From the NCBI GenBank assembly GCA_030622115.1, contig JAUXGN010000011.1, positions 3,232 through 67,231 on the forward strand: DNA of 64,000 nt, in the 5' to 3' direction. This DNA is from Candidatus Eiseniibacteriota bacterium (lineage in GTDB: Bacteria > Joyebacterota > Joyebacteria > Joyebacterales > Joyebacteraceae). The first letter of the stretch is position 1, and every line of letters begins with the position of its first letter. Below are positions 16,746-26,929 of the stretch, piece by piece. A program made the position numbers and the translations under genes. The notes under the pieces are model-generated. The model did no database searches and was not told the origin of the DNA. It was given only the letters and a program-made list of their open reading frames with translations.

Positions 16746-16946
16746 TTGAGCGCTGAGATGGCAATCGACGGAGCGTCGTCAGGTGCCGTGATGCGCAGTC
16801 GACTCTCGTGCCCGGCATCTACAGCACGCAGCCCGGTGGGACTTTGCCGCAGGCACCGGTGTGATCAAAGTGCTCGTGATGCTGCAGTAGCGATCGCAGG
16901 TGGGGCAATGAGGATTGGTCTCATTGGCGTCTCCCCGAGTTGTATC

Positions 16947-16981
16947 AAGAGCGGGGGCTCCCGTCGGGAACCCCCGCTCTT
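16947..16981 (-). terminator. Hairpin 22 nt downstream of the last gene of the 17.0-29.2 kb operon
   Basis: AAGAGCGGGGG ... CCCCCGCTCTT, an 11-bp stem. No clear U-tract on the minus strand. Confidence 0.4.
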
Positions 16982-17003
16982 CTCTGGTCTTTCGTCCGCT
17001 TGC

Positions 17004-19343
17004 TCAGCCCTTCTTGGCCACCGCAAGGGCGACTCTCTCCGCCGTTATCGGCATTGACTTGAGACGTACACCGAGGGCATCGGCGACCGCGTTCGCGATC
17101 ATGGGCGCTGCCGGAATCATCGTGTGCTCCCCCACTCCACGCGCGCCGAATGGGCCGTCAGGCTGAGGGACTTCAATGATGATCGGTATCGTCTCCCGCG
17201 GTACGTCTTTCGCCGTGGGGATCTTGTAGTCCGTGAAGTTGGGGTTCAGAAGCCGCCCATCATCGTCGAAACGCATCTCCTCATATAGAACGGTCGCGAA
17301 CCCCTGAAGAAGACCGCCCGTGATCTGGCCTTTCACGAGGTCCGGATTGATAGCGTGTCCTACATCGACGGCGAGCGCCGTCTTCAGGATCTCCATCTTG
17401 CCCGTCTGTTTGTCTATCTCGAGAACTACTCCGGCCGCACCAACGGTGTAGTGCACGTTCGGGTAACCGCCATGGCTGGTCTCCGGGTCGGACAGCGCCG
17501 AGGTGAACTCCGGCATGAACATCCCGCTTCCCATGATCGGGCCACCGCGGGACGTTCCGTCCTCCATCTGGATTCCGGAGATCACGAAATCCCTGAGAGG
17601 TAGCTCGAAATCCGGCTCTGTCCGGCATTTGACCTTCTCATCTTCGAGGTAGAGCGAGTCCACATTGAATCCGTGCGCGCGGTTCACGACATCAAAGATC
17701 CTGTCGCGCGCCTCCACGGCCGCATCCTTCACGGCATTCCCACAACTCCACGTAATGTGAGAACCTACGGTCTGCCACTCATAGGGATTGCGGTCGGTAT
17801 CCGGAGTTTCGACGCGGATTCTCTCGGGTGGAACCGTCAGGATCTCGGCCGCGATCTGTGCCATCACGGTGAGATAGCCCTGACCGATCTCCATTCCCGA
17901 GACCAGCACGTTTACGCTTCCATCTTCGCTGAACTTGAGAAAGGCGGACGACGATGCGTTCGGGGGCATCGCGGGTGCTTTCCACATGAGCGAGAAGCCC
18001 TTCCCGATCACCTTGTTGGGATCAGTGGACTCCTCGTTCCTTCCCCACTCTATCGCATCTGCCGCCTTATCGATCGCCTCCAGAAGCCCACTCGGATTCA
18101 TCTTCGCTCCGTAGGCAAGCGTGTCCCCCTCCAGAATCGCGTTCTTGCGTCTGAACTCGACGGCATCGATCCCAAGTTCGTTTGCGATCCTCGTTATGTG
18201 CGACTCGAGACCAAAGTGAAACTCAGAGTAGCCGAAGCCCCGGTACGGGCCACCCGGCGGCAGGTTCGTGTAGACGCAGAGTGAATCGATCTTGACGTTT
18301 GGGATTCGGTAAGCGCCTGTCGCGGAGAGACCGACGGCATTGACCACATTCGCGCCATACTCAACATATGCGCCCGCGTCCCAATACATGGTGTACTCGA
18401 TCGCCGTGAGCGTTCCGTCCCGTTTCGCCCCCATCTTGAGCTTGGCCAAGAGCCCTTGGCGCTGGTAGGTGTTGTAGAACTCCTGCTCGCGCGTCCACCT
18501 GAGCTTGACCGGATGCCCCTTGACCGCGGTCGCAAAGGCAGCCACGAGGATCTCCATCGTCACGCCCGCCTTCCCGCCGAAGCCACCACCGACATACGGC
18601 GTCACCACGCGAACGTCCTTGTGCGTGAGACCCAGGGGCGCGAGGGTCGAGGCGAAGACATCGCGCTGTGTGTGCGGGGACTGCGACGCCGACCACAGCG
18701 TGAGTCTGCCGGAGAGATCGTAGAGCCCAACCGCCACGTGTGGTTCTATCGCGCAGTGCGCGTAACGCGGGACGGTGTACGTGTCCTCGATAATGACATC
18801 CGCCTCCGCGAACCCCTTCTCAACATCGCCCTTCCTTGTCTTCCGCAAGTGCGCGATGTTGGTGTCCTTCCTGGGGAAAAACCACGGCACCCGATCGTAG
18901 TCGAAGAGGTCAGGATGAACAAGATCTGCGCCGTCTTTGATCGCCTCTGCTGGATCGAAGATCGGTGGAAGCTTCTCGTAGGTCACCCTGACGAGTTTCG
19001 CCGCGCGCATTGCAGTCTTCAGATCGCGCGCAATGACGCCCGCCACCTGCTCACCAACGAACCGTACCCGGTCCTGCGCGAGGATGTAGCGGTCCTTCAT
19101 GTAAAGCCCGAACTTGTATGGGAAGTCCTTGCCCGTCACGACCTTCAGCACGCCGGGCACGGCCTCGGCTGCGGCTGTGTCGATGCCCTTGATGAGAGCG
19201 TGCGCATGGGGACTTTCCACGACGACGGCATGGAGAAGATCGGGCCCGAAGTCGATGTCATCAACGAACGTGGCGGCGCCGGTCACTTTCTCGGCCCCGT
19301 CAATCCTGCTCGTGGGCTTCCCAACATACTTCAGTTCTTCCAT
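17004..19343 (-). CDS. Xanthine dehydrogenase/aldehyde oxidase-family molybdopterin-binding large subunit (CoxL-like)
   Basis: YVGKPTSRIDGAEKVTGAA N-terminus; GGGFGGK; GPYRGFG; MEIGQG; a C-terminal GEHTM(I)PAAPMIANAV-type motif. Start set to the ATG at 19343 (GAGGA upstream). Confidence 0.9.
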   Translation of the reverse strand: MEELKYVGKPTSRIDGAEKVTGAATFVDDIDFGPDLLHAVVVESPHAHALIKGIDTAAAEAVPGVLKVVTGKDFPYKFGLYMKDRYILAQDRVRFVGEQVAGVIARDLKTAMRAAKLVRVTYEKLPPIFDPAEAIKDGADLVHPDLFDYDRVPWFFPRKDTNIAHLRKTRKGDVEKGFAEADVIIEDTYTVPRYAHCAIEPHVAVGLYDLSGRLTLWSASQSPHTQRDVFASTLAPLGLTHKDVRVVTPYVGGGFGGKAGVTMEILVAAFATAVKGHPVKLRWTREQEFYNTYQRQGLLAKLKMGAKRDGTLTAIEYTMYWDAGAYVEYGANVVNAVGLSATGAYRIPNVKIDSLCVYTNLPPGGPYRGFGYSEFHFGLESHITRIANELGIDAVEFRRKNAILEGDTLAYGAKMNPSGLLEAIDKAADAIEWGRNEESTDPNKVIGKGFSLMWKAPAMPPNASSSAFLKFSEDGSVNVLVSGMEIGQGYLTVMAQIAAEILTVPPERIRVETPDTDRNPYEWQTVGSHITWSCGNAVKDAAVEARDRIFDVVNRAHGFNVDSLYLEDEKVKCRTEPDFELPLRDFVISGIQMEDGTSRGGPIMGSGMFMPEFTSALSDPETSHGGYPNVHYTVGAAGVVLEIDKQTGKMEILKTALAVDVGHAINPDLVKGQITGGLLQGFATVLYEEMRFDDDGRLLNPNFTDYKIPTAKDVPRETIPIIIEVPQPDGPFGARGVGEHTMIPAAPMIANAVADALGVRLKSMPITAERVALAVAKKG

Positions 19344-19381
19344 GGCAGTATCCTCAGGATGCCTGACAATCACGGGATCAC

Positions 19382-19429
19382 GTGTCGCAAGCAGTGTCGC
19401 GAGTCTGTCGCGAGTTGTGTCGCAGGTTT
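19382..19429. repeat. Four tandem 12-nt repeats in the Fic / Mo-subunit spacer
   Basis: GTGTCGCAAGCA / GTGTCGCGAGTC / TGTCGCGAGTTG / TGTCGCAGGTTT. The last unit overlaps the Fic stop codon. Confidence 0.75.
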
Positions 19430-20477
19430 ACTCACCCTTCTCGACGAGTCGATAGAGCACCCTGTCGGCAGCGCCTTCACGGATCAGCAGTTTCTTCTCA
19501 ACCAAGACCTTGAGATCTCGCTCGAGCGACCGTCGTGAGACATCGGGACGAAGAGCCTCAAAATCACGAATCACGAGCGTTCCGTGCTCCAGGACATACT
19601 CCAGAGCCTCCCTTTGCCGCTCGGACAGCCCTCGGCTTCGAACCATCATATCCAGTCTGATCACACGTTCACCGCGGTCCCGCACTTCTCGCATCTGCGT
19701 GGCCAACCCCTCGGTGAAGTACTCCAGCCACTGTGTCATGTCCATATCGTTCTCACGAACACCCTGGATAGCGGAGTAGTAGCCAGGGCGATTCCGATCG
19801 TAGTATTCGCTGATCGTGAAGAGCCGCTTGAAATCGTAGCCTGTCCTGTAGAGGCAGAGCGTCGAGAGCAGACGTGCGGTGCGCCCATTGCCATCAAGGA
19901 ACGGATGGACGTGCACGAGCTGGAACTGAGCGATGCCGGCCACGAGGACCGGATGTGATTCCTGTTCGTTCTGAATCCACTCGACAAGATCGGCCATCAT
20001 CGCCGGCACATCGGGGGCCTGAGGGGGAGTGTAGATGATATCGCCGGTTATGGAGTTCACAACGTAGTTCTGGACCTCCCTGTACTGTCCGGGAGCGGCA
20101 GAGCCCCCACGGACACCGTCAACCAAGCACTTGTGGATCCCTCTTATCAGTCCCTCAGTTACTGGATCTCCACTGTCAAGGTAGTCCGCAACAAGCGAGA
20201 AAGCCTTCCGGTAGTTCAAGAGTTCCTGAGTATCATCTGGATCTGCCCCCGGAGCCGGTTGACCCGACAGGATGAGTCTCGCTTGCTCAAGTGTCAGATG
20301 CGTGCCCTCGATGTGCGTCGTATGATGCGCTTCGAGAACAAGCGCGCGGTCACGCATTCGCCCGATCCATTTCTCAGACAACTTCGCTGCTTCCAGGAAG
20401 CCGCGTGCCCGCTCTATCTGCGTGAGCGCGGCGGCAATCGGGTTGGTTATCTTGAAGACGGGCGCGAAGTTGCTCAT
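19428..20477 (-). CDS. fic: Fic/DOC-family protein (Fido domain plus C-terminal winged-helix), class II-like
   Basis: [14 protein letters not shown] matches HxFx(D/E)GNGRxxR. An N-terminal TTHIEG fits the inhibitory (S/T)xxxE(G/N) helix motif. Its ATG overlaps the stop of the 2Fe-2S subunit gene (ATGA). Confidence 0.9.
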   Translation of the reverse strand: MSNFAPVFKITNPIAAALTQIERARGFLEAAKLSEKWIGRMRDRALVLEAHHTTHIEGTHLTLEQARLILSGQPAPGADPDDTQELLNYRKAFSLVADYLDSGDPVTEGLIRGIHKCLVDGVRGGSAAPGQYREVQNYVVNSITGDIIYTPPQAPDVPAMMADLVEWIQNEQESHPVLVAGIAQFQLVHVHPFLDGNGRTARLLSTLCLYRTGYDFKRLFTISEYYDRNRPGYYSAIQGVRENDMDMTQWLEYFTEGLATQMREVRDRGERVIRLDMMVRSRGLSERQREALEYVLEHGTLVIRDFEALRPDVSRRSLERDLKVLVEKKLLIREGAADRVLYRLVEKGE

Positions 20478-20983
20478 CCTGTACTCTCCTCACGGGGGGG
20501 GGGGCCGCTGCGCTGCCGCCTCGCTCTCCCACTCCCAACATCGAGCACGGCCTTGACGATCGGATCGTACCCGGTGCATCTGCAGAGGTTTCCGGAGATG
20601 GCCTCCTTGACCTCGTCCTCCGTCGGGCTCGGATTCCTTGCCAGAAGCTCGGTAGCGGCCAGCACGATGCCGGGGGCGCAGAACCCACACTGGAACGAGT
20701 TGTTATCAATGAAAGCCTGCTGGAGTTCTGTAGGACCGTCTTTCGAGAGCCCCTCGATGGTCACGATGTCGTGACCGTCCGCCTCAACAGCGAGGATGAG
20801 ACAGCTCCTCATGCTTCTTCCGTCAAGCAGAACCGTGCAGCTTCCGCAGTCTCCCCTCTCGCAACCGATCTTCGGACTCTTGATCCCGAGCCTCTCACGG
20901 AGAACCTCGAGAAGGGTCTCGTTCGGCTCGACGTCGATGCTTCGCCCCTCGCCGTTCACATTCAGTGTGATTGATCTCTTCAT
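20474..20983 (-). CDS. (2Fe-2S)-binding small subunit of the molybdo-hydroxylase (CoxS-like)
   Basis: [11 protein letters not shown] and QCGFCAPG...CRCTGY cysteine motifs. Confidence 0.9.
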   Translation of the reverse strand: MKRSITLNVNGEGRSIDVEPNETLLEVLRERLGIKSPKIGCERGDCGSCTVLLDGRSMRSCLILAVEADGHDIVTIEGLSKDGPTELQQAFIDNNSFQCGFCAPGIVLAATELLARNPSPTEDEVKEAISGNLCRCTGYDPIVKAVLDVGSGRARRQRSGPPPREESTG

Positions 20984-21050
20984 GGCATTCCCCTGAGTGT
21001 CGGCTGCATCTGGCTCCTCGCCTCGAGCGGCTCGCAGCGGGATCCCACTT

Positions 21051-21941
21051 CTAGATCAGCTGCGCACCGTAAGCGGGTCCGTCGCCCGCGAGTCTCGCGA
21101 CCGCCGCCCGCAACCCGCGTTCGAACATGATCGGAAGCATGTGCTCACGGTACTCGCGGCTTGCGCGGATGTCGGCTATGGGAGAGGTCTCGTCGGGAAC
21201 GAGCTTCTTCGCGTCATCGATGAGCGCGTCGCCAAAGACCTTCCCTCTGAGAAGCTCCTCGATCCTGTTCGCGCGTAGTGGCGTGGGAGCAACTGCTCCG
21301 AACGCGATGCGGTATTCACTGTCCGGAAGAGCCAGGACGGCGACACTTGCCTGAGCGAGATCCTCACCCCGGTAGCGGCCAAGCTTGACGTACGCTGCGC
21401 CGTGCTCTTCCTGAGGAATGGGAAGCGACACCGATGTCACGATCTCAGCACTCCCGAGTGCCGTCGTCTTCGGCCCGGTGAACCACTCGGCGACCGGCAT
21501 GGTCCTCTCCCCGTTCGGCCCCGTAGCGTGAATGCTCGCGCCCAGGACGAGAAGAACAGGACCGCTGTCGCACGACGGCACCGCCGAGCAGATATTGCCT
21601 GTGATCGTCGCCCTGTTCCTGACGCCGACCGAGGCGACCGTCATTGCCATCTCGCGGAGGAGTGGTACGTGTTTCTGAACAAGCTCTGATTCGATGAGAT
21701 CAGTGAAGGTCGCAAGAGCCCCGACTCGAAGGGCGTTCTCCTCGCGCTTGATCCCAGACAGTCCCGCGATCCCCTTGATGTCGACAACAAGCTTTGGGCT
21801 AACGAGACCATCCCTGAGCCCCGGAACAACATCGGTCCCGCCGGCGAGCACCTGCGCATCGGTTCCGTGCTTGTTCAGGATCCCGACAGCCTCCTCAATC
21901 GTTTCAGGCTTCGCGTACTCGAACTCGTGTGCTATCGGCAT
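21051..21941 (-). CDS. FAD-binding medium subunit of the molybdo-hydroxylase (CoxM-like)
   Basis: VLAGGTDVVPGLRDG, a GNICSAVPSCDS-type segment, and a C-terminal ...DIRASREYR. Confidence 0.85.
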   Translation of the reverse strand: MPIAHEFEYAKPETIEEAVGILNKHGTDAQVLAGGTDVVPGLRDGLVSPKLVVDIKGIAGLSGIKREENALRVGALATFTDLIESELVQKHVPLLREMAMTVASVGVRNRATITGNICSAVPSCDSGPVLLVLGASIHATGPNGERTMPVAEWFTGPKTTALGSAEIVTSVSLPIPQEEHGAAYVKLGRYRGEDLAQASVAVLALPDSEYRIAFGAVAPTPLRANRIEELLRGKVFGDALIDDAKKLVPDETSPIADIRASREYREHMLPIMFERGLRAAVARLAGDGPAYGAQLI

Positions 21942-21953
21942 ACGCTGCTCCTC

Positions 21954-22772
21954 CTACTTCGGTGGCAGCATCGCCACGATGCGACACATCGACGACTCAA
22001 GCTCAATTCCACGAAGCGGGAAGCACCCTATCCAGCAACGCTCGTTCTTGATCTTGTCGATCTCGCCGCCGAGATTCTCCGCGTGGACGAGTCCCTTCGG
22101 GAAGAGCTTGAGATGCATCACCTGGTAGTAGATGTCCGGCGGGAACATCTCGTCCCAGCTCTTGCCGTAGTCCTTCTGAAGCTTCGCCTCGGCCTTCGTG
22201 AAAAGACCGGGGTGCCAGTCCTTGATGATAGTGTTCATCGGGTGGTCGGCGCTCCCGCAATCGACGCCGATCCACTTGAGGTTCATCTTGAGCGCCCACT
22301 TGTGGAATTCAGGGTCGGGCCCCGGGTGCTTCACAAAGTAGCGGATCTCATCGGAGCGCTTCTGATCCCAGGCGTACTTGTGATAGCCGGTGTTGATTAT
22401 CAGTATGTCGCCCTTCCTGACATCGACGCGATCGGTGATCATCTTGGGCGAGTAGAGGCTGTAGTCCTTGACGGAGTCCGAGATGTCGACGACGACACCG
22501 GGGCCGATCCACTCGCCGAGCGGCACATCACCGATCGTGCGTCCGCTCGGGTGGAAGTGGATCTCGCCGTCCATGTGCGTGCCGACGTGATTGCTCGTCG
22601 TGATGATCTGGCCGTTCGCGCCCTGCCCCATGTGCGCGCCGGCGATCCGCTTGAAGTACTGTATGCCGAGAGGCATGTAGCTCGGCCACGGTGGTGTGTG
22701 AATCGACAGCCGCTGCGTAAGATCGTAGACCCTGACATCGTCCATGAACTCGAGGAACTTCTTGGTGTTCAT
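21954..22772 (-). CDS. Cyclase-family (kynurenine-formamidase-like) metal hydrolase
   Basis: NHVGTHMDGEIHF resembles the HxGTHxDxPxH cyclase/arylformamidase motif. Confidence 0.8.
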   Translation of the reverse strand: MNTKKFLEFMDDVRVYDLTQRLSIHTPPWPSYMPLGIQYFKRIAGAHMGQGANGQIITTSNHVGTHMDGEIHFHPSGRTIGDVPLGEWIGPGVVVDISDSVKDYSLYSPKMITDRVDVRKGDILIINTGYHKYAWDQKRSDEIRYFVKHPGPDPEFHKWALKMNLKWIGVDCGSADHPMNTIIKDWHPGLFTKAEAKLQKDYGKSWDEMFPPDIYYQVMHLKLFPKGLVHAENLGGEIDKIKNERCWIGCFPLRGIELESSMCRIVAMLPPK

Positions 22773-22854
22773 GTCGCACCCTCCCTGGATGATCGCTTCC
22801 CGTGCCTCTGTGCTATTCCGCGTCTGGTTCGCGTTCCGTACGGACCATCTTCAT

Positions 22855-24261
22855 TCACCTCGCAAGCCGGGCCGCCAGTCCTTCGAACGCCCTCGTGAAC
22901 GGCTCCGCTGATGCCGTCAGAACTCCCGCGCCGACCTGCCCGACGCCGGGTTCGCGGTGGGCGACTCCGGTGTCGATGAACGGGAGTATGTTCTTTGTGA
23001 TGACCTTGACTACGTCGATCCCAGTCGGCGTCCCACGGAAATTGAGATACGGAATCTGGTAGACGGTGTTCTCCGCAGCAGCGATCTCATACATCTCGAG
23101 CGTGTACTGGATCGCGTCCGAAGTCGTCCCGCCCACGAACTGCACGATCGCGGGCGAAGCGGCGATGGCGAATCCACCCAGTCCGTTCGTCTCCGTGATC
23201 GAGCTGTCGCCGATATCCGGATTGGCATCCTCCTTCGTGTAGCCCGGGAAGAAGAGCGCGTCCGGGACATCAGCGGGGCCCACGAACCACTCGTCTCCCG
23301 TTCCGGAGAGCTGGATCCCGAAATCCGTTCCGTTCCTGGTCATCGCGATGACGACACTGCTGCCCGGCACGTCGCGCGCGGCATCGAGCGTCACCTTGCA
23401 CGCCGGCATCGAGAGATTCAGGAAGAAGTGGTCGTTTCCGTTGATGAATTCGAGAACCTCGACTGCGGCCTTGCTGTCGCTGCATGACCTGACGATTGCG
23501 GGAGCCATAGCGCGATAAAGGAGCGACGTCGCAGCTCTGTTGCGGTTGTGGACCTCGTCTCCCATGTGAAGCGCCTGCGCCATCAGGTTCTTGAGATCGA
23601 TCGGGCCAGTGGTCACAATCGCGCCCTCGAGCACCGGATAGAGCACCGAGTCCATCCATCGGAGCTTCTCGATCACCTCGGAGGCGAAGGCGCCGTAGCG
23701 GAGCACCTTCCCCAGTCCTTCGTTCATCGTGCAGTACGCCTGGTTACCGAACTCCTCATTCCTAAGCACGAAGACCGGCATGGAAGGCATCACGATTCCC
23801 GCCATCGGGCCGACCGTGCTGTGCTCGTGGCACGGCGCGTACTCGATCTCACCCGATGCCGCGAGTATCTCCGCATCATCCGGTGTCTTCGCCTTCCCCT
23901 CATAGATGAGGCCGCCGATAATGGCGCCCCGCATCGGCCCGCACATCCGCTCCCACGTTATCGGTGGTCCGGCGTGAAGGATCAGGTTCGGCTTCATTCC
24001 GGGGATCACGTCGATTGCGCGCGCTAGACTCACGAGCTGCGGCATGCCCCTCAGGATGATGTCCATGACCGTCGCATTCGCCGCATCTATCTCTTCGGCG
24101 TGCTCTGCCACGATGCGCCGCGACTCGTCCGAGACATCCATCGGCGGACGCCAGTCAACCTGCACTGCCGTAGCTCCGACCTCGTCCAGGCTCTCCTTGA
24201 ATGAGGATAGGCCTATGTTCACTACCTTGAGTTCCTGCTTGAAGAGATCACCAACCGGCAT
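22855..24261 (-). CDS. DUF1116 protein (YlbE/AllG-like)
   Basis: N-terminus MPVGDLFKQELKVVNIGLSSFKESL...VQVDWRPP and its position next to FdrA, as in E. coli fdrA-ylbE-ylbF. Its ATG at 24261 shares 1 nt with the FdrA stop. Confidence 0.7.
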   Translation of the reverse strand: MPVGDLFKQELKVVNIGLSSFKESLDEVGATAVQVDWRPPMDVSDESRRIVAEHAEEIDAANATVMDIILRGMPQLVSLARAIDVIPGMKPNLILHAGPPITWERMCGPMRGAIIGGLIYEGKAKTPDDAEILAASGEIEYAPCHEHSTVGPMAGIVMPSMPVFVLRNEEFGNQAYCTMNEGLGKVLRYGAFASEVIEKLRWMDSVLYPVLEGAIVTTGPIDLKNLMAQALHMGDEVHNRNRAATSLLYRAMAPAIVRSCSDSKAAVEVLEFINGNDHFFLNLSMPACKVTLDAARDVPGSSVVIAMTRNGTDFGIQLSGTGDEWFVGPADVPDALFFPGYTKEDANPDIGDSSITETNGLGGFAIAASPAIVQFVGGTTSDAIQYTLEMYEIAAAENTVYQIPYLNFRGTPTGIDVVKVITKNILPFIDTGVAHREPGVGQVGAGVLTASAEPFTRAFEGLAARLAR

Positions 24262-25799
24262 CACTTCACCCCCAGCTTCCGGGCAACGAGCCCTGCTATT
24301 CTGCAAGCGGACAGGTTGGATCCGGCGATGATGGCGCCCGCGCCTTCGAGAGCCTCATGTACGGCGCGCCGGTTCTGAGGATCCCGGTCCGTCCCGGTGA
24401 TCGAACAGACCACGGCCACCTTGCTCACTGCGTCGCGTATGACTTGATCGAGTTCGGACGCAGGATCCAGGTTGGAGCCATACCCAAGAACGACATCCAG
24501 AAGGATAACGGCCACGTCCGGATCGTTCGCCTCGCCAGCGATTCGCTTCACCCTCAGCGAGTAGTCGATCATCGGGTGCGGGCGACCGACGGTGAATTCG
24601 TCGGAGCCGAGATCGACGATCGTGTTCGCAACGCTCCGGAGCGGGTCGTCAAGCTTCGTCGCACGCCCGGACGGAACATTGGAGTGAACGTCATTGAGAC
24701 CAAGATCAGCGAAAACGATCTCCGCCTCTGATGCGAACGTCCCGCCGCTCATGAGAGCGCGGACGTATCGCTGCCCGTTCGACCTCTCCGCCACGATTCT
24801 CTCGACGAGTTCGGCCTCCCGATCATCGCCGCCGAGGAGCAGCCCCCTGACGCCATCCGGCTCTCTCCCGACCGCAACTGTCACCGCACGAAACGCCGCC
24901 TCGGCAAGCGTACGACATCCGTTTGGTCCTTCGGGCTCAGTTCCCAGGAAGACCGACACGACCGGCTGCTCTATCTTCGCAAGCTTCTTCCTGATCCTGT
25001 CAAGAACCTCACCGTCCGGCGGCTTCGACACGAGAACGATCACCTCGGTCTCAGCATCGTCTGCGAGTGCCTCGAGACCGTCCAGGAAGGTGACGCCGCC
25101 GACGGCGTTCACAACATCGTGCCCGCCTGTTCCTACCGCCTGAGAGATCCCCGAGCCGAGGTTCGAGACGAGCGTGCTCACTTCCTGCAACCCTGTTCCC
25201 GATGCCGCCACGATCCCGATCGGACCACGGTTGACGGCATTTGCGAAGCCGAGGGGAACGCCGTTGATGATCGCCGTTCCGCAGTCGGGCCCCATCACAA
25301 ACAGGCCCAGGCCGTGCGCGCGGGTTTTAAGTTCCACCTCGGTCTCAAGCGGTACGTTGTCGGAGAAGAGCATCACGTGAAGCCCGCGATCGAGTGCCCG
25401 TGCCGCAACATCCCCGGCGTAGCGACCGGCCACGGATATGAGTGCGAGGTTCGCGTCCGGGACGACATCGAGCGCTCCGTCGAGGCTTCTGGGAGTGAAT
25501 GCCTCACCGTCGTCAACGGTGCCTCTCACATTCTCGAGAAGCTCGTCGACGGCGATCAGCGCCGCCTCCGCGATTTCGTCGGTCTCGGCTCTTACACCGA
25601 TCAGAAGATCAGTGTCGGATGAATTCTCGAACTCGGACGTCAGGAGATCGGCCGCGCTGAGAATCGCCCGGTTCTCGTCCGTTCCCATGACGACGGCCGC
25701 GTCGGCGACGCCCTCCATGTAAGAGAGCTCCCTCGCCACGTTCATGAGCGTGACGGAATCGAAGTACGCACCCTTCTTGATGCGTCCCACTACGACCAT
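24261..25799 (-). CDS. fdrA: FdrA-family protein (succinyl-CoA-synthetase-alpha-like CoA-binding protein)
   Basis: MVVVGRIKKGAYFDSVTLMNV N-terminus; IGIVAASGTGLQEV and GHDV...GG segments. Start set to the ATG at 25799 (GGAGG upstream). Confidence 0.85.
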   Translation of the reverse strand: MVVVGRIKKGAYFDSVTLMNVARELSYMEGVADAAVVMGTDENRAILSAADLLTSEFENSSDTDLLIGVRAETDEIAEAALIAVDELLENVRGTVDDGEAFTPRSLDGALDVVPDANLALISVAGRYAGDVAARALDRGLHVMLFSDNVPLETEVELKTRAHGLGLFVMGPDCGTAIINGVPLGFANAVNRGPIGIVAASGTGLQEVSTLVSNLGSGISQAVGTGGHDVVNAVGGVTFLDGLEALADDAETEVIVLVSKPPDGEVLDRIRKKLAKIEQPVVSVFLGTEPEGPNGCRTLAEAAFRAVTVAVGREPDGVRGLLLGGDDREAELVERIVAERSNGQRYVRALMSGGTFASEAEIVFADLGLNDVHSNVPSGRATKLDDPLRSVANTIVDLGSDEFTVGRPHPMIDYSLRVKRIAGEANDPDVAVILLDVVLGYGSNLDPASELDQVIRDAVSKVAVVCSITGTDRDPQNRRAVHEALEGAGAIIAGSNLSACRIAGLVARKLGVK

Positions 25800-26863
25800 T
25801 GTGCCTCCCTGTCGTGCTGAACACTGGTGCCCATCATGCGCCCTACGATCGCCCCATGGAGACGAGCTTGCCAGGACACGAGCGTCATCTGAAGACCGAC
25901 CGCCATGTCGGCGCCGGACGTCGCTCCAACCGAGAAGAGATGCTCCGCACACCTTCTCACATCCCCGGGTGTGCCAAACGAGAGCGCTGCCACGAGATCC
26001 TTCATGCCCTGTGTGACAAATCCGCCTTCGGCGAGATAGAGGAACGTGTCGGACAGGGTGTTTCCGCTGCGCGCAGTCTCGAAGATGCGTGTGCGAAGGA
26101 GCGCAAGATTGCGCCCAAGCGCTGATCCGGCGGCGCTTCGCTTCGATGATGCTCCGGTGGCAGACACCGACCGCGCTCCAGCGCGCACCGGCTCTACCGA
26201 TCTCTCGAGAATGTGCGTGGCGATGAGTAGTCCGACTATGAAGTCGTCACCGGCCGGAGTGAGTCCAAAACCGCAACCCTTGAGCCGCTCCACCCCCCTG
26301 AGTGTGTCCCCGTGGAGGATGTCACGAACGGAGTGCCCGATGTGGTCAACAACGGCACGTTCGAACCCGGCCCTGAATTCCGCGAGCCTTTCGCGTTCAA
26401 GCAGGAACGCCAGGCTCTTCTCAGGAGCCAGCTCTGCGAGGAGAAGCCCGAGAATGCCGAGGTTCTTTCTGAAGCGCGGGAGAGTGTGTGGCTGGAAATC
26501 GATAGCTGATTTGTAGATACGGCCGCCATCAAGAGGGATGCGACGACCATCGAGGGTAATCGTCCAGCCGGGACAGAGGGAAATGTCACCGTCATCGGGG
26601 GAGGTCGCTCCGTCGCAGGGCGTCCCTGCGCCCATCTCTATCGTAAGGCCCTCGACCCCGGACGGATCGAGTCCGCGCACGACGATTGTAAGGGGTCCCG
26701 CGTCGATATCCGGAGTGACAAGCGAGACGAATCTGCCGTTGTCCGTCATGTTGACGACGCGCGTGAAGCGCGAGTGAACGTGGTAGAATCCGCTCTCTAC
26801 GAGGTCACCGAAGCTCACGATTTCGATCATCTCACGCGGCACGACCATGACCAATCCCTTCAA
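25790..26863 (-). CDS. DUF2877-like protein (YlbF/AllH-like), assignment tentative
   Basis: Position immediately upstream of, and overlapping, fdrA by 10 nt. N-terminal ...HVHSRFTRVVNMTDNGRFVSLV pattern. Recognised by context and pattern only. Confidence 0.5.
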   Translation of the reverse strand: MKGLVMVVPREMIEIVSFGDLVESGFYHVHSRFTRVVNMTDNGRFVSLVTPDIDAGPLTIVVRGLDPSGVEGLTIEMGAGTPCDGATSPDDGDISLCPGWTITLDGRRIPLDGGRIYKSAIDFQPHTLPRFRKNLGILGLLLAELAPEKSLAFLLERERLAEFRAGFERAVVDHIGHSVRDILHGDTLRGVERLKGCGFGLTPAGDDFIVGLLIATHILERSVEPVRAGARSVSATGASSKRSAAGSALGRNLALLRTRIFETARSGNTLSDTFLYLAEGGFVTQGMKDLVAALSFGTPGDVRRCAEHLFSVGATSGADMAVGLQMTLVSWQARLHGAIVGRMMGTSVQHDREAQWS

Positions 26864-26929
26864 ACTGCGGCGAATCGTTCAAGCACACGCACGGCGCCCA
26901 GAGCAGCAAGTCGCTCAAGCCGCCGTCCC

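Noticed and set aside
16746-16946. ~200-nt gap between two convergent terminators as a possible ncRNA locus
   Set aside because: No promoter-like element, conserved motif or structured signature that I could identify by eye.
19428-20477. Fic gene as a mobile element or toxin-antitoxin cassette
   Set aside because: No flanking inverted repeats, integrase, transposase or antitoxin ORF. The start codon is coupled to the upstream operon gene. It is kept as an unusual operon member instead.
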